From a bacterium (GTDB lineage: Bacteria; Zhuqueibacterota; Zhuqueibacteria; Oceanimicrobiales; Oceanimicrobiaceae): a DNA stretch of 26,771 bases. The stretch covers positions 1 through 26,771 of the forward strand of contig JBHIAC010000027.1 of the NCBI GenBank assembly GCA_046758365.1, written 5' to 3'. Positions 18,399 through 26,435 of this stretch are shown one piece after another. Below the pieces are notes generated by a model. It was not told where the DNA came from, made no database searches, and was given only the letters and a program-made list of their open reading frames with translations. The first letter of the stretch is position 1. Every line of letters starts with the position of its first letter. Position numbers and translations under genes: made by a program.

Positions 18399-19844
18399 TT
18401 ATTTTAATACCATAATGGCATCTACACGGCCATTTTCAACATATACATTTACCTGTTCAGGAATCGCCAACTGGCCCTTCAATTTAGGGCGTTTTTTATA
18501 AATCCATTCTTCCACACCGCTGAACACTTCCGATTCAAGTGGTTTGATTACATTTGGTTCACCGAGAATGGTTTTTAGAGAAGAACTCGGCATGCCTACA
18601 ATAACTTTATTATCCAGTGCACTCTTGGTAGGTTCGCTTTTGGAAAAAGCATAACCAGCTAAAGAATTTTTATTTAGGTTTGCTGAAATTTGTCCTAAAA
18701 TAAACCAGGTGCTTTCATCAAAAGGATTCATCTTGATAGACTTCTCGAGATATGGAAGAGCCAATTTGAAATCTTCCATGTATGATTTATCTTCAGAATC
18801 TTCAGGTAAGGATTCTCGCTTGGACACACCTCGGTTTAAATAGGCAACTCCAAGATTGTAGTTTAAATCCGCAGACTCTGCATCAATTTCATAAGCTTTT
18901 CGAAGTTGTTCAATAGCTGCATCATATTCATTGACTTCAAGAAGAAAGGTGCCATAATTAAAACGAAATTGAAAATCATTGGGATTGGATTCAATGGCCT
19001 CTTTGTAAACAGCTCTGGCCTCTTCAGTTCTACTTGCAAATGTGTAAGCCCTAGAAAGGTAATCCATCACCTCTGTTGTTCGGTAACCTTTATCCCAGAG
19101 GTCTTCAAGAATGGACAAGGCCAAACTATCCTGCTTTGTAGCTATATACGCAGTAGCAAGCAAAGATTTGATTTCAAAATTATTGGGGTTGTGTTCAACG
19201 GCCTGTTGTAATGGCTCAATACATTTTTCGCTCTTACCTATGTTTATTAACGCCCAGGCCATATATCTATATGAAGCCGTGCTGTCTGGAATTATTAATG
19301 CTGCCATTCTAAAATTTTCAGCCGCCTGTTCAAAATTCGTCATTTTTGCTGAGTCCGTCTCAGCCCCTTGTGCATCATTAAAGAACCTGACACCGTGATT
19401 ATAAAAATTTCGCCAAATAGCATGTGTTATCATTTCAACACCAAATTGGGAAAAAATTAATTCACCACTGTTTAATAGTTTTCCTGGATCTTTTTTGATT
19501 TTTATTCCCTTATCCTTAAATTTTGGTTCTAATGCCATTGCTTTGATGAAGGCTTCTTTCATCTCGACATATTTATTTTGAAGAGTATAAACATATCCCA
19601 GAAGATACCATGCATCTTCATTATTGGGGTTGACATCTTCAATTTCTTTCATCAAAACAACTAGAGCTGGATCTAGGTTCCCCTTCTGAATGTAATTTTT
19701 CGCTTTATTAACGTTTTTGCCGCCACCCGCCCAGAGATTCGTAGTATATAATAGTATAGCCAACCCAAGTAAACAAGTAACGATTAATTCATGTAATTTA
19801 ATGAAATCCCCTACCTGGTACTTTTTACGAGTAATTGATTTCAT
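18399..19844 (-). CDS. Secreted TPR protein with small C-terminal alpha/beta domain (paralog A)
   Basis: Hydrophobic leader ending NLWA; TPR motifs (AWYLLGYVY, FNYGTFLL, LNYNLGVAYLN); C-terminal VGMPSSSLKTILGEP...EEWIY; AGGAGG RBS. Confidence 0.9.
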   Translation of the reverse strand: MKSITRKKYQVGDFIKLHELIVTCLLGLAILLYTTNLWAGGGKNVNKAKNYIQKGNLDPALVVLMKEIEDVNPNNEDAWYLLGYVYTLQNKYVEMKEAFIKAMALEPKFKDKGIKIKKDPGKLLNSGELIFSQFGVEMITHAIWRNFYNHGVRFFNDAQGAETDSAKMTNFEQAAENFRMAALIIPDSTASYRYMAWALINIGKSEKCIEPLQQAVEHNPNNFEIKSLLATAYIATKQDSLALSILEDLWDKGYRTTEVMDYLSRAYTFASRTEEARAVYKEAIESNPNDFQFRFNYGTFLLEVNEYDAAIEQLRKAYEIDAESADLNYNLGVAYLNRGVSKRESLPEDSEDKSYMEDFKLALPYLEKSIKMNPFDESTWFILGQISANLNKNSLAGYAFSKSEPTKSALDNKVIVGMPSSSLKTILGEPNVIKPLESEVFSGVEEWIYKKRPKLKGQLAIPEQVNVYVENGRVDAIMVLK

Positions 19845-19894
19845 ACTTCCTCCTATATACTTGTTTGTTTAAAAATTATATGAAAAATCAAACA

Positions 19895-19923
19895 AAAATA
19901 ACAAAAATCAAAGTGGATGTCAA
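19895..19923 (-). promoter_or_regulatory. Sigma70-type promoter of TPR paralog A
   Basis: TTGACA (19923-19918), 17 nt spacer ending TGT, TATTTT (19900-19895). Confidence 0.65.
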
Positions 19924-20230
19924 TAGAAATATCAACTTCCTGTGAAATTTATTTATCAAATAAAATGAGTGAAGAGTAGCATTTATTTTAATGCAGTTTC
20001 GCTAATGACAAAATTTCAAAATTCCAAAAAATTTGATTTAGAAGAAGGAATCAAACTTTTTATGGTTAGGCCTGACACTTCTCTATCGTCCGTCACTGAG
20101 CCGTATAAGGTAATTGGCAGGTGTAACAATCTTCATCCCCCCTAATCCCGCTGCTATGCTGCACCGTACCAGCAGGCTCGATGAGTGTGATCATGGGAGG
20201 ACGAGTATCTGACTGGAGATGAGGATCTGT

Positions 20231-21712
20231 TTAAGGGCGAGTGTACCCAGGAGGCGCCTCTAATATCTTTAATGCCTCTGCATTACCATTTAATGCCATT
20301 AATGTTTCTACACGACCGCTATTGATATAGATGTTAATTGCTCCGCTAATGGCAAATTTCCCTGGCGAACTTTTACGTTTTTTATAAATCCATTCTTCAA
20401 CACCTAGAAATTGTTCGGATTCAATTGGATTAATTTCATCGGGTTCACCAAGAATTGATTTTAAGAGAGAACTCTGCATGCCGACCATGACTTTTTTATT
20501 AAAAGCACTTTTGTTATTTTCGGCTTTAGAAAAGGCATATCCAGCCAATGAAATTTTATTTAACTGGCCAGCAATACGTCCTAAAGTAAGCCAGATTTGC
20601 TCATTATCAGGATTCAATTTTATAGATTTCACAAGATAAGGAAAAGCCAATTTAATATCTTCTTTATAGGAGATGTCTTCAGAATCAATCGGTAAAGCCT
20701 CTCGCTTGACCACGCCTCTGTTCAAATAGGCAGCGCCAAGATTATAGTTAAGGTCAGGTGATTCAGGATCAATTTCATATGCTTTTTTTAATTGTTCAAT
20801 CGCTTCATCATAGGCCTTGGCTTCAACTAGAATTGTACCATAATTATATCTAAAATTAAAATTGTCAGGATTCACTTCAATCGCCGTTCTAAATACTTCC
20901 TTAGCCTTTTCTATTTTGTCGGTTCTGATGTACACCCTTGAAAGGTAATCCGCGACTTCTTCTGTGTGAATCCCTTCTTCCCAAAGCTTTTCAAGAACGG
21001 GCAAAGCCAAATTGTTTTGCCCATTGATCATATAAACTTGTGCAAGCATCGTTTTAACATCACTGTCATCAGGATTATGTTCTATAGCTTTTTTTAATGG
21101 TTCAATACTTTTTTGGTATTTTCCTACATTCATTAAGGCTGCAGCCCAATTTCTATAAGCAAGCGTACTGTCAGGCATAATCAATGTAGCTGCCCTAAAT
21201 CCTTCAATCGCTTGATAAAAAAATTTCGTTCGTGATGAATCATCTGGAACATTTATGGCCTCATTAAAATATTTAACACCCACATTAAAAGCATTTCCCC
21301 AAACAACCCTTAAAATTATTTCAGTACCAGACTTGGAATAAAATTGTATCCCAGTATCTCTGCTTATTTTAATTCCTTTCTTTTTAAATTTGGGCTTCAA
21401 TTGCACAGCCTTTTTGAAGGCTACCACCATCTCATCATACTTTCTTTGTCGAGCGTATACATACCCCAACAGATACCAAGCATCTTCATTATTGGGATCA
21501 CCCTCTCGAATTTCTTTTAACAAAACATTTAATGCACTATCCAAATCATTTTGTTGAATATAAAGTTTAGCCCCGTTAACATTGGGGCCTCCTCCTGCCC
21601 AAGCCATTGAAATTTCAAAAGAAATAAAACATAATAGCAATGAGAGAACTTTTATGATGCCTAATTTAAAGACTTCTTTTGGCTGCGGATTATTTAAGTT
21701 ATCCATTTTCAT
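20231..21712 (-). CDS. Secreted TPR protein with small C-terminal alpha/beta domain (paralog B)
   Basis: Colinear with paralog A: WAGGGxNVNxAKxYIQ, NNEDAWYLLGYVY, LNYNLGxAYLNRG, SLAGYAFSK, ILGEP, GVEEWIYKKR. Confidence 0.9.
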   Translation of the reverse strand: MKMDNLNNPQPKEVFKLGIIKVLSLLLCFISFEISMAWAGGGPNVNGAKLYIQQNDLDSALNVLLKEIREGDPNNEDAWYLLGYVYARQRKYDEMVVAFKKAVQLKPKFKKKGIKISRDTGIQFYSKSGTEIILRVVWGNAFNVGVKYFNEAINVPDDSSRTKFFYQAIEGFRAATLIMPDSTLAYRNWAAALMNVGKYQKSIEPLKKAIEHNPDDSDVKTMLAQVYMINGQNNLALPVLEKLWEEGIHTEEVADYLSRVYIRTDKIEKAKEVFRTAIEVNPDNFNFRYNYGTILVEAKAYDEAIEQLKKAYEIDPESPDLNYNLGAAYLNRGVVKREALPIDSEDISYKEDIKLAFPYLVKSIKLNPDNEQIWLTLGRIAGQLNKISLAGYAFSKAENNKSAFNKKVMVGMQSSLLKSILGEPDEINPIESEQFLGVEEWIYKKRKSSPGKFAISGAINIYINSGRVETLMALNGNAEALKILEAPPGYTRP

Positions 21713-21763
21713 GCTCCCAATTTAATACAAATATTTTGAATAATTTTAATTATAAACATAAAA

Positions 21764-21792
21764 ATAATAACAAAAATTAAAACCGAAATCAA
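21764..21792 (-). promoter_or_regulatory. Sigma70-type promoter of TPR paralog B
   Basis: TTGATT (21792-21787), 17 nt spacer ending TGT, TATTAT (21769-21764). The region is AT-rich, so a chance match is possible. Confidence 0.5.
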
Positions 21793-21890
21793 TAAAAAAT
21801 GTAATCTCTTTGAAATTATTTTTCATAATTAATGGTAAGATGATATGAATACACTTTACAAAAAATTTTAAGAAGATCGCTATCAATATG

Positions 21891-24128
21891 CTATCTAATC
21901 TTAACTGCGCCGCGCCAGGATGTCCAGGGGCTGTGGAAATCCAGGTAGTGCTCTGAAAGAGGTAGGAGTTTGCTGTAGTTATCAAACGCCAGTAAGCCAT
22001 CGAGAAAAATCGGAACTTCTTTAGGCATCTGTGATCTGTGTTCAGCGAGTTTGTTGATAGCTTGGATATCGGGTAATCCGGGACTTAGCTGCTTTAAGCT
22101 AATCAATAACTTATCGATATTGTCAAGTTGCCCTCGACGGAATAATTCGTATGAAGCAATTATATTCATGATTGGATCGAACCATTTCCCAGCCAATAAT
22201 GTGTTCCAGTCATCATTGACCTTTGACGTTTTAATTGGGTAGTTCAGGTCAAACTGTTGTTGTGCCAATGACATGAATTTTACCATTTGTAACGGCTTGG
22301 GATGAAGGCGCTTACGAACCTCTTGATTTAAACAATCTAAAAGTTTATGAATAGGCAAAAGATGCTGGTGTGTTTTTAGTTCGCCGTTATCCGCATCAGT
22401 AAGTGTGATCAGTGTAGCTCGATTCTCTAAACAATAAACCGCTATAGTAATAGCAGCCTTACCCGATATTTTGAATGATAATAAATGAGAGCCTGGGTTT
22501 ACTTGAACACGATGCTCATAAATTCCAATAAGATTCTTGACTGGTTGGAGATAGAGCCATTGCGGATTATCGTCATGTGAGATTCCTAATTGCACGGTTT
22601 GAGGCTTATCTTCCAAACCTACCAAAACATAAATCGGGGAGTCACCTCGCTTGACATTCTGAAAAGATTCCAGTGGTAGGCTTTCCAACTTCTTGAAATC
22701 ACCAGGGCCACCAACTATACGCGAAGCCCCGATGATGGATAACCATAGTCCGAGATCGGAATTAGCCATCCATCCTAGACTTTCTGAAAAATACACCCTT
22801 CTGTCGTCATGGCTCTCGGGAATGGCCCGCAGCAACGTGTCCTTCACATAGCTCTTTTCACGTCGACCAAGGTCTAAAGAAATAGTGTCATTTGGTTTTA
22901 GTGTCATTTCTTTTTTATTAATGGATATACCGTGCTCAATCAAATTCAAAAGATATTTGCCCGGCTTGACTTCACCCAAAAATTTATATTCGCAGCGCTC
23001 GAACTCCCCAGTTTGCAGATTTTGTATGATAAGTTCCGTATTCGGTGTGCCAATTAATTCGAGCTTTGCAGGCTGCACATCTTTGGGGAGGTCCCTTATT
23101 CCTCTAAATACTCTACGCTTATGAAAGTTGACCCTGCAATGATCATATAAATCGGCATGAATGGGATCAATGGGTTCTATACTCGCAGTTGGATGCGACA
23201 CCTGAAGGTAATAATCATCTGGAATTTGAGAAAACTTAAATGCTTCACCCTTAAATTCATGGGAAGCGATCTTCTGCAAGTGACCATTTTGTACAGAAAG
23301 GGTAAATATATCATCCGTTTTCGCCCCTTCCACGCTTACTTCGCATTCGTATTTCGGAATAGGTTTTAATTCCATAATTTTGCCTCCACCTATACCTTCC
23401 TTTCTCCCATCTATCTGTTGCTTTTTCAACTTGTCCTGTACATAACGGATCAATGCATCAAAGGTCACAAACATATTTAATTTGTCCCAGACTTTAGCTC
23501 GTCCAGCGCCACTCAAACCTTCCACCAGATGCTTGCCAAAACCACTGGACACGGCTGCTGTATCACCCGGGTAGGTCGAGAATATGGTATAAATGGTTGG
23601 AACACCAAGTACAGATTTTGATAATACGCAGCCTAGACCTGTTACATCTACATCATTCGCTCTAATAAGGTTGCGGCATGCATCCACAAAGTAGTAGTGG
23701 TGTCCGGGTCCCATTGCAAACCACAATTTGGTTTGAATCTCTTCAAGCTTTAAACACTTGTCCCCTGAAATTGACGCGTTCTCGAAATCAGCCGACACTA
23801 AAATATCTGCCGCTCTCTGCCTTGGTGAGTCTTTGTATAAAAATCCGTGACCAGAAAAATAAATATAAAGCTCTGAAGTATTGTCTTTTCCCTCCTGAAC
23901 TAATTTAGCAATCGCTTTTATAATTTCACTTCGTGTCGCTCCTGAAGTACGACCTTCACACTCTTGGTCAGTGCAAAATTGAATATGTATCGGGTTTAAT
24001 TTTTTTCGTTCTAACAGCCATTGGCGAAAAGAAATTGCGCTATTAAGGGTGCCTTCCAATGTTTTTGTTAGGCTTCCTTGAGATAGAGGGTAGTTTTCAA
24101 TTGCTATAATTAATGCACGGTTAGGCAC
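21891..24128 (-). CDS. Caspase-family (peptidase C14) multidomain protein
   Basis: RALIIAIENY, YIYFSGHG (His94), YFVDACR (Cys151); about 490 aa of C-terminal beta-rich then helical domains; GTG start with GGAGG upstream. Confidence 0.9.
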   Translation of the reverse strand: MPNRALIIAIENYPLSQGSLTKTLEGTLNSAISFRQWLLERKKLNPIHIQFCTDQECEGRTSGATRSEIIKAIAKLVQEGKDNTSELYIYFSGHGFLYKDSPRQRAADILVSADFENASISGDKCLKLEEIQTKLWFAMGPGHHYYFVDACRNLIRANDVDVTGLGCVLSKSVLGVPTIYTIFSTYPGDTAAVSSGFGKHLVEGLSGAGRAKVWDKLNMFVTFDALIRYVQDKLKKQQIDGRKEGIGGGKIMELKPIPKYECEVSVEGAKTDDIFTLSVQNGHLQKIASHEFKGEAFKFSQIPDDYYLQVSHPTASIEPIDPIHADLYDHCRVNFHKRRVFRGIRDLPKDVQPAKLELIGTPNTELIIQNLQTGEFERCEYKFLGEVKPGKYLLNLIEHGISINKKEMTLKPNDTISLDLGRREKSYVKDTLLRAIPESHDDRRVYFSESLGWMANSDLGLWLSIIGASRIVGGPGDFKKLESLPLESFQNVKRGDSPIYVLVGLEDKPQTVQLGISHDDNPQWLYLQPVKNLIGIYEHRVQVNPGSHLLSFKISGKAAITIAVYCLENRATLITLTDADNGELKTHQHLLPIHKLLDCLNQEVRKRLHPKPLQMVKFMSLAQQQFDLNYPIKTSKVNDDWNTLLAGKWFDPIMNIIASYELFRRGQLDNIDKLLISLKQLSPGLPDIQAINKLAEHRSQMPKEVPIFLDGLLAFDNYSKLLPLSEHYLDFHSPWTSWRGAVKIR

Positions 24129-24145
24129 TTTATAAGCCTCCGTAA

Positions 24146-25081
24146 CTATAAATTGCGACTTACAAATTCGTTAAGCGACGGCCCGTCAACAGCCTCGTTG
24201 CGATACATGAAGAATCCACTTCGATGCAGGCCAATGACCTGAGCACTTTCCATCGAAAATAGCGGTGATCCGGAATTACCACCCAAGGTTGAACAATCAT
24301 GGTAGACCGAGGAAGGTCCAAGACCTACTACCTCACCGGGTGCAGCCCGCTTTACTCCGAATTTATCCCCGTATATCACATCTATAAAATCAGGATTACG
24401 CACGGGATCATCGAATGGATACCCAACAGCAGCCACAGGATGTCCCTCATCCATTACGGCTGAATCTAAAACTAAGGGTCTACGTGGTTTTGTCTCCTTC
24501 ACACTAAGTAAAGCGATATCAAGATGAGAATGCACAGCCACGACCCCGGTCACCGGTACCGGAGGATCATCATCTGGTAAACCAAATTCCTGTTTAAATC
24601 GCACCACAACCTGTCCTTCCTCCAGCATTTCTGCTCCATTCGAAAGTTGACTAAGAACATGGCGGTTGGTCACAAGCAACGTCGGCCTCACCAGGAATCC
24701 AGTTCCAATCCCTTCACCGGTTGCACTGTCAATTCGACCAATTGAGTACATAAATGGCTGCACATTATTACGGAATTTTTCCCATTGTTCAATTGCTTCA
24801 GCATTATAATCATTATAGTCAGGAAGATCATCTAATACACCTCCCCTACAAAGGGGTGCCGGCCGCATCAGATTAATCATCCTTTCAAGAGCAGCAAGCT
24901 GTTTTGGAGTCGGCACTTCACCATTTCGCAGTGCATTCATGGCCTCTTCAGCCAACTCTTCACCTGGTGGGAACTTGGCCAAACCAATGATAGCCCGCAC
25001 CTTGCCCACAGCGTCAGAAACAGGTTTTGCCCCGAATGCTCTGTCAGCCCGTTTTAATAATTTTCGAAATCGCTCCTCCAT
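24146..25081 (-). CDS. Trypsin-fold serine protease, V8/glutamyl endopeptidase-like
   Basis: GTGFLV, LVTNRHV (His141), LDIALL (Asp188), HDCSTLGGNSGSP (Ser270), VIGLH; about 100 aa N-terminal extension; no signal peptide. Confidence 0.92.
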   Translation of the reverse strand: MEERFRKLLKRADRAFGAKPVSDAVGKVRAIIGLAKFPPGEELAEEAMNALRNGEVPTPKQLAALERMINLMRPAPLCRGGVLDDLPDYNDYNAEAIEQWEKFRNNVQPFMYSIGRIDSATGEGIGTGFLVRPTLLVTNRHVLSQLSNGAEMLEEGQVVVRFKQEFGLPDDDPPVPVTGVVAVHSHLDIALLSVKETKPRRPLVLDSAVMDEGHPVAAVGYPFDDPVRNPDFIDVIYGDKFGVKRAAPGEVVGLGPSSVYHDCSTLGGNSGSPLFSMESAQVIGLHRSGFFMYRNEAVDGPSLNEFVSRNL

Positions 25082-25095
25082 AAATCATTGCCAAT

Positions 25096-26367
25096 TTATG
25101 CTATTTGCTTTTCATAGATTTTTGTACCATCAGGCTCATGCAATACCTCATTAAGATGTTCATCTTCAAATTCAAGGGTTATGTAGCCATTTGGCCCATA
25201 TTTTTTTTCTTTTTTCTTAATGTACCTGTTGGGTCCATCAAGAAACAAAGCGCCTGGAACCATATTTTTAGCCTCCATTCTACGCCATTCGATGTCCTTA
25301 TCTTTCTCCGCAATTGGTATATGGCTAACTTTCTTACGAGCATAAGGCATGCCACTGTGTCCAATGCAACGACCATAAAATCCATAAATAGGATGCTGAT
25401 CGTAGAGTACACATCGATGCTCATGGCCCCAATACCAGGCAAAGATTTTCTTAGCATTAAGTAGATTACCCAATTTTTCAATAAGCTTTGGTCCTTGACC
25501 CGATATATGCGAATAAGGCTGGTGATGAGAAGAAAGAATCACTTTTCGGTCTTGCGCTTGTCCAATCACTTCATTTAACCATTTTACCTGTTCATTATCT
25601 AAATCGTGATCCTCATAACCTGTGTCAAGTCCAATAATTGTCCAGTAATCATTTTGAAAAGCAAAATAACTAGAACTCTGCCCAAATGTTGGTAAGGTCT
25701 TTTTAAAATAACCGTGACCGCCTGAGTACATCTCGTGATTTGAATTCAAGGCTCGGCTAATAGCGTCCTTTCGTTGAGGCCAGTATTTTAGAAACCTAAA
25801 ATTGATTTCGGTTTCAGTCCCAGAATAATATACATCCCCTAAATGCAGGAGCATCGTGAAAGGATTTGGATCATTTTCAAGGGTTTTACCAATGACCGGA
25901 GCTCCATAAAGACCCGTGCCCCAATCACCAAAAACAGCGAATCGGGCTGAGTTTGGAAATGTATTAGGAATAGCGTTTTTTGGATGAATCATCTTATGTG
26001 GCCAAAGCCCCTGAATCCAATCAAAAAGACCAAAAAGCCACCCCAAAATATCATCATGGGCAAATTTAATTTCGTATCCACCCTGCGGAACGGATTCACA
26101 TTTACCATACTTAGCAGCCTGTTCTCCCAAATAGGTCTGAATAAGCGATGCCATTCTATGTTCTGGTGTATACATGAGTTCTGGATCTACCTCGGCTGCT
26201 GCTTCCGCAATATCACGTAAGGCCGCCCCAAATGCTGCTTGCATACGAAAAGCTTTTGAACGATCTTTCTCGATTTTTTTGAGGTCTTCATCCATACGTT
26301 TGGACACAGATTCATAATTCTTGTTAATAGCTTTATCAATCTCACGGAAACTAACAATTACATTCAT
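25096..26367 (-). CDS. Calcineurin-like metallophosphoesterase, purple acid phosphatase-type motifs
   Basis: FGDWG (D148), HLGDVYY (D178/Y181), NSNHE (N210/H211), SSHH, WGHEH (H315/H317); about 140 aa N-terminal extension; AGAGGTGAGG RBS. Confidence 0.92.
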   Translation of the reverse strand: MNVIVSFREIDKAINKNYESVSKRMDEDLKKIEKDRSKAFRMQAAFGAALRDIAEAAAEVDPELMYTPEHRMASLIQTYLGEQAAKYGKCESVPQGGYEIKFAHDDILGWLFGLFDWIQGLWPHKMIHPKNAIPNTFPNSARFAVFGDWGTGLYGAPVIGKTLENDPNPFTMLLHLGDVYYSGTETEINFRFLKYWPQRKDAISRALNSNHEMYSGGHGYFKKTLPTFGQSSSYFAFQNDYWTIIGLDTGYEDHDLDNEQVKWLNEVIGQAQDRKVILSSHHQPYSHISGQGPKLIEKLGNLLNAKKIFAWYWGHEHRCVLYDQHPIYGFYGRCIGHSGMPYARKKVSHIPIAEKDKDIEWRRMEAKNMVPGALFLDGPNRYIKKKEKKYGPNGYITLEFEDEHLNEVLHEPDGTKIYEKQIA

Positions 26368-26406
26368 AACCTCACCTCTTTTTTGTAAATGATTATATAT
26401 TACTCA

Positions 26407-26435
26407 ATTATAGATAAATGTTAGAAAAATGTCAA
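26407..26435 (-). promoter_or_regulatory. Perfect consensus sigma70 promoter of the phosphoesterase-protease-caspase cassette
   Basis: TTGACA (26435-26430), tttttctaacatttatc (17 nt), TATAAT (26412-26407), about 40 nt upstream of the ATG at 26367. Confidence 0.85.

Noticed and set aside
20098..20130. GAGCCGTAT, resembling the start of group II intron domain V
   Set aside because: The following sequence cannot form the domain V hairpin and there is no RT ORF.
21746..22000. 84-aa minus-strand ORF overlapping the caspase 3' end
   Set aside because: Out-of-frame overlap running into AT-rich promoter DNA; low-complexity F/Y/I tail; no RBS.
21891..26367. Assignment of the cassette to CBASS, Thoeris, Avs or gasdermin systems
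   Set aside because: No CD-NTase, TIR, STAND NTPase or gasdermin-like ORF is recognisable in the window.
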